64,000 bases of DNA from contig CAXXVL010000002.1 of assembly GCA_963667845.2 (NCBI GenBank), positions 1,696,001 through 1,760,000 of the forward strand. The letters run 5' to 3'. Shown one piece after another: positions 1-9,257 of this stretch. The translations under genes and the position numbers were made by a program. The notes beneath the pieces are model-generated. The model ran no database searches and had not been told where the DNA came from. It saw nothing but the letters and a program-made list of their open reading frames with translations. Position 1 is the stretch's first letter; the number at the start of each line of letters is the position of its first letter. Origin of the DNA: Smithellaceae bacterium (GTDB lineage: Bacteria > Desulfobacterota > Syntrophia > Syntrophales > Smithellaceae).

Positions 1-285
1 CCACTGGTGATGAATCTCCAGAGCAACATAGCTTTATCAAAGAACATAACAGTTCTTTCTGCTTCGTCCAGCGAACAGATTAGCTCGACCTATGATGAGA
101 AGGGGCATGGGCTCTTTACCTACTTCCTCCTCAAAGGCATTAAGAATGAAGATGTTGTAAAGCTGGATGGTTCCATAAAGATGGAAGACCTGTATGGCTA
201 CATCAAACCCCGGGTTGAGCGCATTGCCAGGAAGCAGTACAATAATGAACAATCTCCGCAGTTGATCGGAGCGACGAGCAAATAA
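1..285 (+). CDS. C-terminal part of a caspase-like (peptidase C14) domain protein, truncated by window edge
   Basis: SASSSEQISS..GHGLFTYFLLKG..Q.PQL is typical of the C-terminal half of C14 domains. Confidence 0.7.
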   Translation, partial: PLVMNLQSNIALSKNITVLSASSSEQISSTYDEKGHGLFTYFLLKGIKNEDVVKLDGSIKMEDLYGYIKPRVERIARKQYNNEQSPQLIGATSK

Positions 286-343
286 GGTCTTTACATAGTC
301 GGCGTTTCTTCCGATCGGCAATCATTCATCATGAGGAAAAAGA

Positions 344-446
344 GGGACACCCTTAAGTTGTTAAGTAGCTTTCTAAGGGCTGATGTTATACTATCAGATT
401 AAAAACGGTATTTATTTTTAATAACTTAAATACTTAAGGGTGTCCC
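344..446. repeat. ~100 bp element bounded by inverted repeats (MITE/REP-like)
   Basis: GGGACACCCTTAAGT (344-358) and ACTTAAGGGTGTCCC (432-446); extends to 23 bp with 2 mismatches. Confidence 0.75.
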
Positions 447-612
447 CCCTGCCAACAAAGAATCAGCGAGATCCCTCATGCGGTCATCTCATCCATCCCC
501 CTATATCCGTATGGTCAAAATCTTCTTGACTCACAATTCCCCACTACCATATACCTGATACCACTGAGTTCTCAAAATTCTTATCAATGCAAAATGGAAG
601 GAGATTATTGAA

Positions 613-1035
613 ATGAAAAGCCGAAGAGATCAGTTGAAAAAAATAATCGGAATACTGGCGCTGTCGTCGATCATGGTCATGTTATTCATGCAAATAGCCT
701 GGGCGGAGGGAGGGATAAACTACAAAGTCAAGGTCAGGGATTACTGCGGCAAAGATATAACCATTAAGCTTCATTACGGTGTCGGGGGGAATCATACAAA
801 GACGGAAAAGATTCATGCGAATGGTTCCGTCACCTTTGAAACAGGCGCCAGATGTCCTTATTCCATTTCTGGTGAAGATCCCTACCACATAAACGCAATG
901 ACTACAGTATGTGCAAGTGGTGGCTACGGCAGCAGCTGTATGGTCGACTGCGAAAGCTCCGATTGGAAGATCGTGAGGTTTGACGGAGCCAATACAGCAG
1001 ACGGTAAGATTATGTGCAAGTTTCAGAAGGATTAG
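613..1035 (+). CDS. Secreted Cys-rich hypothetical protein
   Basis: GGAG RBS, signal peptide ending AWA, six Cys in the mature part. Confidence 0.7.
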   Translation: MKSRRDQLKKIIGILALSSIMVMLFMQIAWAEGGINYKVKVRDYCGKDITIKLHYGVGGNHTKTEKIHANGSVTFETGARCPYSISGEDPYHINAMTTVCASGGYGSSCMVDCESSDWKIVRFDGANTADGKIMCKFQKD

Positions 1036-1233
1036 CAATTCAACGGACACAAACCGAAGGATTGTCATGAGAAAAAAATGATTATTGACCGCTGAAGAAC
1101 CGTTAGCGGTTTGCGGATGGCAGGAACGGGAAATGCCGGATTGCCGGTAAGGAAAGAATCAGGATTGCATCTGCACAATTGACTATAGAATTTCTCTTTA
1201 CAGAAAAGTTCCATCTTTTAATCAATAAATAAA

Positions 1234-1420
1234 TTGCAGTTGAAGCGGGGCATGACTTAAGCGAATATGACCGAAACGTTGTGGCGCGAGGCGTTGTGAA
1301 GCATCAGACAGCCGAACTGTTTCGGGCCTGGAGGGCGAGTTTTCGGCTGTCGCTGAATGAGCCATAGAGCCATAGTTGAAGGGTCATTCTGAACGAAGGC
1401 TTGCCCCGATTCAACTGCAA
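1234..1420. repeat. 187 bp nested-palindrome element (MITE-like)
   Basis: 19 bp terminal IR TTGCAGTTGAA(G/T)CGGGGCA with 1 mismatch; inner IR GACAGCCGAA/TTCGGCTGTC. Confidence 0.7.
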
Positions 1421-1457
1421 CCTCTCAGGCGAACAGCGGGCCACTTCTGTTTGCGAC

Positions 1458-1488
1458 AAAAAAAGGAGGAACCGCGCGGTTCCTCCTT
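1458..1488 (-). terminator. Rho-independent terminator of the beta-oxidation operon
   Basis: AAGGAGGAACC/GGTTCCTCCTT stem followed by a T-run on the minus strand, downstream of the stop at 1513. Confidence 0.8.
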
Positions 1489-1512
1489 CATGGTTAAAAT
1501 GTTGCAGTACTC

Positions 1513-3351
1513 TTAGACGGCAAAGGCGTCTTCGCTGATGTTCATGGCGCTTTGCTCATCCTTCTTCAGATTGTCCAATTTGGCCGGTACGAGTCCGGTG
1601 ATACGGTTGATGAAGAATTTTGCCCCCTGGATTTTACCGTTATAGAAGGCTTTATCCCTGTCGTTCGGGGCATTGGCCAGGCCCTTGGTTGCCGCATTGG
1701 CCATCCAGATATGCAGCCAGCCCACCAGAGCGTCGGACAGACAGTTGAGGAAGTCGGCGGCGGCGATCAACGGAACATAAGGTGTTGTTTTCATCATCTT
1801 GGCGAATTCCATAGCGGTTCCCGCACAGGCATTGAGTGCGCCTTCGACGATGAGGGCCTCTGCCTTTAAACCCTCGTTGGCCTTGGCTTCGGCAACGGCC
1901 GCCTGGGTCAGGCCCAGGAGATTCATGAAATACAGACCTTTTTTCATGCCGAGTTTGCGGCCCAGCAGATCCATCGCCTGAATACCATTGGTACCTTCGT
2001 AGATCAGGTTGATCTTCTGGTCACGCATCATCTGTTCGACCGGGTACTCACGGCAGTAGCCGTAACCGCCGTAAGTCTGCACGGCATCCGAACATACTTC
2101 CATGCCTCTCTCGGTGCAGTAGGACTTGACCATCGGGGTGAGCATCTCAATCATGCCATGCCAGTATTCTTTGTCCTGCTCGTTTTGTTCCAGACCGGCA
2201 TTGACTTCACGATCCATGGCATAGTAGCAAAGCAGGGCTAAAGCACGAATTCCTTCGGTGATTGATTTCTGCTTGATAAGCATGCGCCGCACATCCGGAT
2301 GCTGAATGATGGGAACCGCTTTAGCATTGGGATCCTTCAAGGCCACGGCAATAATGTTCGATCCCTGGATGCGCTGCTTGGCATAGTCCAGTGCATGCAG
2401 GTAGGCGGACATGGCCAGGGATACACCCATCATGCCCACGCCCTGTCTTTCTTCGTTCATCATCTGGAACATGATCTTCATGCCGTCGCGCTCTTCGCCC
2501 ATGAGATAGCCGATGCATTTGCCGTCCGTGCCGAAGTTCAGCGTGCAGGTGGAGTTGCCATGGATGCCCATTTTGCTTTCGATGTTGCCGCACTGCACGT
2601 CATTGGGTTCTCCCAGTTCGCCCTTTTCGTTAATGCGGATCTTGGGAACGACAAAAATAGAGATGCCTTTCGTTCCTTCCGGATCGCCTTCGATGCGGGC
2701 CAGGACCGGATGAATGATGTTCTCAGCCAGGTCATGGTCGCCGGCGGAAATGAAGCACTTGGTGCCGGTGATGGAGTAGGTACCATCGGCATTCTTTTTG
2801 GCCGTGGTTTTAAGTATTCCCACGTCGGAGCCTGCCCCCGGTTCGGTCAGACACATCGTGCCCGCCCAAACGCCGGTGAACATCTTTTCAATGATCACGT
2901 CGCGCAGAGGGTGCTGAAAAAAGTCTTCCACCAGGCGCGCCGCACCGTGGCTCAGACCGGTGTACATGACAAAAGCCTGATTGGCGGCCAGAAACATATT
3001 GGCCACAGCCCCTCCGATAATAAACGGGAAGGCCTGACCGCCGACTTCGGGCGAATCGGATGTGGACATCCAGCCACCCTCGCAGTAAAGCTTCCAAAGG
3101 CGGTGATAGGCTTCCGGCGCGAACACTTTGCCGTCCTTGAATACCGCCTCGACAGGCTTCCGATGAACTTCATCCGGATAGGTGGGGGCTATTTCGTTCT
3201 CGGCGAATTTCTGCGCCTGATCGAGCACCATGTTGCACATATCCAGGTCGTGATCGACGTAGCGGCCCTTGCCCAGAACCGTCTCTCCTATATTAAAAAC
3301 CTCATTCAGTTGGAATTTTATATCCCTCTCATCAACCCACAAACTTGCCAT
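1513..3351 (-). CDS. Acyl-CoA dehydrogenase (long ~600 aa type)
   Basis: TMCLTEPGAGSD, KMGIHG, QTYGGYGY, IYEGTNGIQA motifs. Confidence 0.95.
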   Translation of the reverse strand: MASLWVDERDIKFQLNEVFNIGETVLGKGRYVDHDLDMCNMVLDQAQKFAENEIAPTYPDEVHRKPVEAVFKDGKVFAPEAYHRLWKLYCEGGWMSTSDSPEVGGQAFPFIIGGAVANMFLAANQAFVMYTGLSHGAARLVEDFFQHPLRDVIIEKMFTGVWAGTMCLTEPGAGSDVGILKTTAKKNADGTYSITGTKCFISAGDHDLAENIIHPVLARIEGDPEGTKGISIFVVPKIRINEKGELGEPNDVQCGNIESKMGIHGNSTCTLNFGTDGKCIGYLMGEERDGMKIMFQMMNEERQGVGMMGVSLAMSAYLHALDYAKQRIQGSNIIAVALKDPNAKAVPIIQHPDVRRMLIKQKSITEGIRALALLCYYAMDREVNAGLEQNEQDKEYWHGMIEMLTPMVKSYCTERGMEVCSDAVQTYGGYGYCREYPVEQMMRDQKINLIYEGTNGIQAMDLLGRKLGMKKGLYFMNLLGLTQAAVAEAKANEGLKAEALIVEGALNACAGTAMEFAKMMKTTPYVPLIAAADFLNCLSDALVGWLHIWMANAATKGLANAPNDRDKAFYNGKIQGAKFFINRITGLVPAKLDNLKKDEQSAMNISEDAFAV

Positions 3352-3399
3352 ATAAACCTCCTCATTCCAATTTTTTAACTCAGAAGTTATTTTTAATCA

Positions 3400-3431
3400 T
3401 GTAGGGAACGGCCGTGTGACCGTTCCCTACA
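3400..3431. repeat. GTAG-type REP-like palindrome inside the operon
   Basis: Perfect 12 bp IR TGTAGGGAACGG/CCGTTCCCTACA. Confidence 0.7.
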
Positions 3432-3489
3432 AAGCTACAATGTCACAATTGATCAGTAAATGGAGCAAATCAGGCTCAGAGCCAACACA

Positions 3490-5574
3490 CTATTTTTCTA
3501 TTGCCAGAAATCCGTTCGGATGGAAGTCTTTCCCGGTAACCTTCTTTGCAATGCCTTTCTGATCCAGGAAGGGGGTAATCCCGCCCATGAAGAGCGGCCA
3601 ACCCGCACCCATGATGACGCCGGTATCCACATCTTTGGGGCTTGCCACAACGCCTTCTTTGAGGATCGTGTCGACTTCCACGGCGATGCGTGTCAAAACC
3701 CGTTCCCGGATTTCGTCATCCGTGAACTTCTTGTTTCCCTGCGGCCAGCCGGCTAAAATCTCGGGATCAACGATAAAGGCCCCCTTGTCTCCCGGAATCA
3801 GGAAGGCCTTCTTGCCCTTGGCCACCATGTTCTTGAGGCCGGCATTAACCGCAAAACGATCAGGCCACGCCTTGTTGAGGGTCGTAAGCACGTGCAGAGA
3901 AATGGCCGGGCCCACCAGGGCGGTCAGGACGAAAGGCGACATGGGGAAGCCCATCTCGTGAATGGCTTTATCCGTCTGTAAGAAGTCGGCCCCTTCATCG
4001 AGGCACCGGAAGATGCCGTCCGACATCGCTGTCAAAACTCTGTTCACGAGGAAGCCGGAAGCATTCTTCACGAGAACCGGCGTCTTCTTGATCTTCTTGG
4101 CAATGTCGAATGCCGTGGCCAGAACGATATCGCTGGTCTTGTCTGTCTTGATGATCTCGACAAGCGGCATCATGGCGATGGGGTTAAAGAAATGGAATCC
4201 GACCACGCGGGACGGATCCTTGAGGAATTTGCCCATCTCAGCGACGTCGAGAGACGAGGTGTTGGTCAGGAATATGCACTCGGGCTTGCAGGCGGCTTCC
4301 AGATCACCGAAGACCTTCTGCTTAACGGACATCTCTTCGAAAACGGCCTCGATGACGAAATCACAATCTTTGAATTCATCATAGGATATGGTTCCGGTGA
4401 TGAGCTCTTCACCCATCCACTTGGCCTCGGCCGCAGTCAGTTTGCCTTTCTTCGCCGTCTTGGCCAGCTGCTCCCTGACGTAGGCCAGACCCTTGTCCAC
4501 AAATTCCTGCTTGATGTCCTTCATGATCACCGGGCACTGATAACGCTGTGCGAATAACAGGGCCATCTGGGAGGCCATGAGGCCGGCGCCGATGACGCCG
4601 ATTTTGGCGATCTTGTTGCCTTTGACTTCTTTGGGCGGCCGGCCGGGAAGCTTCTTGGCCCGGCGCTGGGTAAGATCGAAGGAATAAATGCCGCATTTAA
4701 ACTGATCGGAGGTGATCATATCGGCCAGCGCTTCGTTCTCTTTCTGGAACCCTTCATCAAGCGACCATGTCCCTGCGCCGCGGATGAGATCAAGCGCGAG
4801 GTACGGTGACAACGCACCGGAATGGACTCTGCCTGTGATCATTGCTTTGGTCTTGTTGTAGAGCTCGTCGCTCATCTTCGGGTCAACCTTCTTGCGTTCG
4901 ATCTTTTCTTCGCCGGTGATGATGCGCTCCAGCAAAGCCAGGGATTCGTCCATAAACTCCGCCGGTGCGATAAGTCTGTCCGCCAGGCCCATTTCAAAGG
5001 CCTTTACGGAATTGATCATTTTGTTCATGTTGAGCGGATTGGAAATGACAAGTTCGATGGCGGCTTCCGGCCCGCACAGTTTGGTGACCAGCTGAGTTCC
5101 GCCCCAGCCCGGCACGAGGCCCAGGAAGCACTCGGGCAGCGCATAATGATCACATCCGCCCGGGCTTTTGGAGATGGTGCGGTAGTTGTGATAAAGCCCG
5201 ACCTCGACTCCGCCGCCCATCGTCGCACCGTTGTATGCGGCCAGCGTAGGAATCTTAAGCCCCATGATGCGCTTGAAGGCCTGATGTCCTGCCGCGCCGA
5301 TTTCGAGGGCCGCCTGCTTCGTCGCATTCGGATCTGCGCTCATGATGTCGGCGCCCACATTGAAGATGAAAGGCTTGCCGGTCAGAAACCAGCCCTTTAC
5401 ATCCTTGTCCTTCTCCACGACGTCGATGACTTTGTTTAGTGACTCCAGGGCCTCAATGCCCCAGGTATTGGGGATATTGGGAAACTGCCCGTTGTCCATC
5501 GTGACCATCGCTATCTTGCCTGCCTTCTTTGACTGAAAGAAGTTTAATTTACATTCTGTTATGTATTTAGCCAT
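3490..5574 (-). CDS. Bifunctional enoyl-CoA hydratase / 3-hydroxyacyl-CoA dehydrogenase (FadB-like)
   Basis: Crotonase GGG.E / LPE..LGLVPGWGG; GVIGAGLM, EAVFE, NTSSL, GFHFFNP. Confidence 0.95.
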   Translation of the reverse strand: MAKYITECKLNFFQSKKAGKIAMVTMDNGQFPNIPNTWGIEALESLNKVIDVVEKDKDVKGWFLTGKPFIFNVGADIMSADPNATKQAALEIGAAGHQAFKRIMGLKIPTLAAYNGATMGGGVEVGLYHNYRTISKSPGGCDHYALPECFLGLVPGWGGTQLVTKLCGPEAAIELVISNPLNMNKMINSVKAFEMGLADRLIAPAEFMDESLALLERIITGEEKIERKKVDPKMSDELYNKTKAMITGRVHSGALSPYLALDLIRGAGTWSLDEGFQKENEALADMITSDQFKCGIYSFDLTQRRAKKLPGRPPKEVKGNKIAKIGVIGAGLMASQMALLFAQRYQCPVIMKDIKQEFVDKGLAYVREQLAKTAKKGKLTAAEAKWMGEELITGTISYDEFKDCDFVIEAVFEEMSVKQKVFGDLEAACKPECIFLTNTSSLDVAEMGKFLKDPSRVVGFHFFNPIAMMPLVEIIKTDKTSDIVLATAFDIAKKIKKTPVLVKNASGFLVNRVLTAMSDGIFRCLDEGADFLQTDKAIHEMGFPMSPFVLTALVGPAISLHVLTTLNKAWPDRFAVNAGLKNMVAKGKKAFLIPGDKGAFIVDPEILAGWPQGNKKFTDDEIRERVLTRIAVEVDTILKEGVVASPKDVDTGVIMGAGWPLFMGGITPFLDQKGIAKKVTGKDFHPNGFLAIEK

Positions 5575-5586
5575 TGTATGAGCCTC

Positions 5587-6798
5587 CTAGATTGTTTTCC
5601 CGACTACGTTTTCCCAAATGATCGAACCGCCCATGCCCAAGCCCACGCACATGGTGGTGAGTCCGTACCTGGCTTTCGGATTCATCTCAAAGTCCTGCGC
5701 AAGCTGCATGCTCAGGCGCACACCGGAGCTGGCCAGCGGGTGGCCCATGGCAATGGTTCCGCCATAAGGGTTGAGTCTGGGATCTTCCGGAGTCTTCATG
5801 CCGAAGTGCTTCATGAACCCGACAGCCTGCACAGCGAAGGCTTCGTTGAGTTCAATGATATCGAGATCATCAAATTTCATACCGTAGTTCTTCAGAACCT
5901 TTTCCGTGGACGGAACAGGCCCCCAGCCCATGATGGACGGATCGACGCCGACGAAGGCGGCTCCGACGAACTTCATTTTGGGTTTGATCCCCAGCTCTTT
6001 GCATTTCCGGCCGGACATGAGAAGAGACACGCACGCGCCGTCGTTCAAGCCCGAGGCGTTCGCCGCGGTGACATGGCCTTCCGCCTTAAATGGGAATTTT
6101 CTGAGGTTTTTGATGCTCTCCAGCGTGGTGCCGCGTTTGGCCTGTTCGTCACGGTCCGCAACCCTCCATCCTGTGGGGGAAAATACCGTCATATCCACAC
6201 AGTGCTTATCGTAGTAGCCGGCATCCAGTGCCTTGAAGTATCTGTCCAGGACACGGAAGGCATACTCATCCGCCTCATCCTTGCTCACCGGCTGTTCGCC
6301 GTGCTCGGGCATCCAGTCATGGAGCTTTTCCGCCGTGTTGCCCATGTTAAAATATTTCGGCTCGACCATCTTTTCGGTAACGATCCTGGGATTCGGATCA
6401 GCACCCGCCCCCATGGGGTGGTGGGCCATGTGTTCGACACCGCCGGCAATGATCATATCGGCAACGCCTGCTCTGATATAGGACGAGCCGATGCTCTGGC
6501 AGGTCATGCCGCCCGCGCACATCCGGTCAACAGAAAATCCGGGAACCGTTTCCGGAAGGCCCGAAGTAAAAACAACCGTTCTGCCCATCGTTGTTCCTTG
6601 ATCTCCGGACTGAGTTGTTGCGCCCATGATACAATCATCTACCTCTCCCCATGGAACGGTCGGATTTCTTCTGACGAGCTCTTTCATGACCTTCGTAACC
6701 ATGTCATCCGCCCGTGTGTACCAGTAGAAACCATCTTGTCTGGCCTTTCCGAACCACGTCCGTACACCGTCTACAAAATACGCATCTCTTAAATCCAT
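5587..6798 (-). CDS. Acetyl-CoA C-acyltransferase (thiolase, FadA-like)
   Basis: RMCAGG, NEAFA, GHPLASSG, MCVGLGMG. Confidence 0.95.
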   Translation of the reverse strand: MDLRDAYFVDGVRTWFGKARQDGFYWYTRADDMVTKVMKELVRRNPTVPWGEVDDCIMGATTQSGDQGTTMGRTVVFTSGLPETVPGFSVDRMCAGGMTCQSIGSSYIRAGVADMIIAGGVEHMAHHPMGAGADPNPRIVTEKMVEPKYFNMGNTAEKLHDWMPEHGEQPVSKDEADEYAFRVLDRYFKALDAGYYDKHCVDMTVFSPTGWRVADRDEQAKRGTTLESIKNLRKFPFKAEGHVTAANASGLNDGACVSLLMSGRKCKELGIKPKMKFVGAAFVGVDPSIMGWGPVPSTEKVLKNYGMKFDDLDIIELNEAFAVQAVGFMKHFGMKTPEDPRLNPYGGTIAMGHPLASSGVRLSMQLAQDFEMNPKARYGLTTMCVGLGMGGSIIWENVVGKTI

Positions 6799-7123
6799 AC
6801 ATCCTCCTTAGTATGCCCGTTTATTAACTCTTGCAGAGAAGATCACCCATCTCGGTGAAGCCTTCTGCATCCTTAGGTTTTGCAACGCACCATCCGGTGA
6901 ATCCGTGGTGCGATGTTATACTGCAGATCAAACCATCAATCCGCTGGCAGCAAGCACCAGCGCTGCCGGCTCTAGAAGCATCGCGCGGTTGATATCAGCG
7001 ATCATCCCGGAAATGCTTCATCAATAAAAGATCAATGAGTTTATGATTTCCTGCTGCTTGCGAACCGATTATTTATATGGAATCGTTTTCATCAGTTGGA
7101 AAGCCATGTTGGTAAATAGCAAT

Positions 7124-7140
7124 AGCATTCATCATGCCAA
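7124..7140 (-). promoter_or_regulatory. Sigma-54 (-24/-12) promoter of the beta-oxidation operon
   Basis: Minus strand TTGGCATGATGAATGCT has exact GG-N10-GC spacing; AT-rich tract lies upstream. Confidence 0.7.
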
Positions 7141-7221
7141 GCAACAGATATTCTTATGTTATTGATATAATATAACATTTTATAAAATTCCGGATTTATT
7201 GCATCAATAAATGATTCATTA

Positions 7222-7270
7222 CCGTCTCAATGAGACAATATTGAGGCGTCAATGAGACGTAATTGAGCGT
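7222..7270. promoter_or_regulatory. Putative enhancer (bEBP binding sites)
   Basis: Palindrome GTCTCA-A-TGAGAC and repeated TGAG(A/G)C units about 11 bp apart, 85-130 bp upstream of the sigma-54 site. Confidence 0.5.
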
Positions 7271-7482
7271 GGTTATACGTTCTTGTCCATTTTTGCTCAC
7301 TCTTCGAGCGTTGTCTTGAGCCGTATCGCTTTTCCCAACGCTGGCCAGGGCTTTTTCTTTCGCCGGTCAGCACATAAAACACGGCTGGCATTCCAGTGCA
7401 TCCATCAATTGTTGGGTGCGAGGCTGGAGGCTCCATCAGAAGCCTCCAGTAACATTCGGGTCTGGTCAGAGTGGTGTCGCGA

Positions 7483-8349
7483 TTATTTTCCCTGGCTCTT
7501 ACGCCAGGCCTCTGAGTTGGGGAAGAAAAGGGGCTCGCCGTATTTGTCCTTTCCAAAATCGCGGATAATAAGTTGGCCTTTGTCCGGAGCGGTAACCCAG
7601 CCGATGAACTGCATCGCTCCGGCCCGATTCGCCCGGGGAAACTTCTGCTGATTCACCGGTATAAGCGACATGAAGTTCAACATCGCCTCATCGTTCTCCA
7701 CGAGAACGGCCAGCTTAACCTCTTTTTTCACAGAGAGGTAGGTCGCCCGATCGATGACCGTGTAAGCCATCTTTTCGTTTGTGTAGCGCAAGGTCGGCAC
7801 GTTGCCAGTCGATCCCTTTTCATAAACGACGTACCAGGAACCGGCCGGTTTGACCCCCGCCCCTTTCCAGAGCTCCATCTCGGCGACATGAGTCCCGGAC
7901 TTGTCCCCCCGGCTGATGAAGGTGGCCTGTTTGGCGGCGATCGTCCGGAGGGCCTGGGCCGCTGTCTTCATCCCTCTGATCCCCGCCGGATCGTCCGCGG
8001 GTCCGACGATGAGGAAATCGTTGTACATGATCGCTATCCGTTCAGTGCCGAAACCATCCTTTACAAACTTCTCCTCCAGAGACTTGGCATGAGCTAAAAC
8101 CAGATCAAATTGGCCTTTTTCGGCCATCTTCAGCGCGGCCCCTGTTCCGGCACCAACGTGACGCACCCGGATTCCCGTCTCCTTCTCGAAACCTTCCTCG
8201 AGTGCACCTACGACCCCGGCATCGATTGGCCCGATCGTGCTGGCCAGAAGAACGAAATTATTCTCCTGAGACGATCCGGCGGTATTCATGGTGCTGCAAG
8301 CGGGAAAGAGAAAAAATACAAACAACAGAAAAATCCAATATCGTTTCAT
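7483..8349 (-). CDS. Tungstate/oxyanion ABC substrate-binding lipoprotein (TupA-like)
   Basis: GTGAAL, DLVLAHA, MYNDF, FISRGDKSGTH..E; lipobox FPAC. Confidence 0.85.
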   Translation of the reverse strand: MKRYWIFLLFVFFLFPACSTMNTAGSSQENNFVLLASTIGPIDAGVVGALEEGFEKETGIRVRHVGAGTGAALKMAEKGQFDLVLAHAKSLEEKFVKDGFGTERIAIMYNDFLIVGPADDPAGIRGMKTAAQALRTIAAKQATFISRGDKSGTHVAEMELWKGAGVKPAGSWYVVYEKGSTGNVPTLRYTNEKMAYTVIDRATYLSVKKEVKLAVLVENDEAMLNFMSLIPVNQQKFPRANRAGAMQFIGWVTAPDKGQLIIRDFGKDKYGEPLFFPNSEAWRKSQGK

Positions 8350-8537
8350 TATCTTGAACTCCTTTCAGATTTTTATTTCAGATTGATCCATTCCAGTTCC
8401 CGTTCGATCATTGGGAACGCCTTTCAATACAGCAAAATTGATAGGCAATGGATTCCCGGATGTCAAGATAAAATATTACAATAAATTACTAATTCATACT
8501 TATAACGACTAATATTAACCATGTATTGTGGGAATTT

Positions 8538-8637
8538 AATCCCGCTCACGCGGGACGTCCGTTAATTCCCTGTCGTTTGCTGCGATATAAATGACGTCCA
8601 TTTAATACATCGAGAGTTTGCTGCGAGTTTGTTGATT
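8538..8637 (+). repeat. Dispersed ~99 bp palindromic element, copy 1
   Basis: Aligns with five other copies, AATCCCGC...GCTGCGA...GTTGATT. Confidence 0.85.
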
Positions 8638-8824
8638 TAAAGGCAAAAAAGACGTGTTCTAAAGTATCTATCGCCGGGATAGTCGTGATCGCGATTTAAA
8701 TGATCGCTATTCTTTCGGATTGAAAAGAAAGCATGACCTGATCAATCACAGGCCCTGCACTTTCCAGGAGGTAATCAATAAGAACCTGATTATTAATTTT
8801 AAAAAATTATAAAGTGAAGTGTTC

Positions 8825-9226
8825 CTATACTGGTTTTATCGGCTGTTTCCATTGGCGCAGCTCAATAAAAAGTCCGTCCGGATCTCTTATCTCTCCGCGA
8901 TATGAGTCCCCCAGATCGACGGGTTCGCGGGCGATGGTTATCCCCCGGCTCTTCAGATAATCCACAGCCTTTGCCATATCCGCAACTTCCAGGGCGATTC
9001 CCCGATATCCTGTTTGCCAGGGGATTTCTGATTTCGGCTGGGGACCATCTACGGAAATAATCTCGATCACCGTATCACCCAGTTGGAGATAAATGACCTC
9101 TCTCATGGGCGGCATTTTTATTTCTTTCCGGTTTTTAATTTTGAAGCCAAGAATATCGACATAGAAGTCAATGGTCTTTTCGGCATTTTCGGGCACAATT
9201 TCCACATGGTCGATTCTTTTAAACAT
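8825..9226 (-). CDS. VOC/glyoxalase family protein
   Basis: IDHVEI, FYVDILGF, RDPDG..IEL. Confidence 0.9.
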   Translation of the reverse strand: MFKRIDHVEIVPENAEKTIDFYVDILGFKIKNRKEIKMPPMREVIYLQLGDTVIEIISVDGPQPKSEIPWQTGYRGIALEVADMAKAVDYLKSRGITIAREPVDLGDSYRGEIRDPDGLFIELRQWKQPIKPV

Positions 9227-9257
9227 GATTCAACTCCTCTCCGAATCGAAAGTTTTG

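Noticed and set aside
2299..6792. Long antisense ORFs (e.g. 2299-3378, 5578-6792; also 44211-45542, 50715-52088)
   Set aside because: Shadows of well-supported genes on the opposite strand in GC-rich coding DNA, with no recognisable motifs
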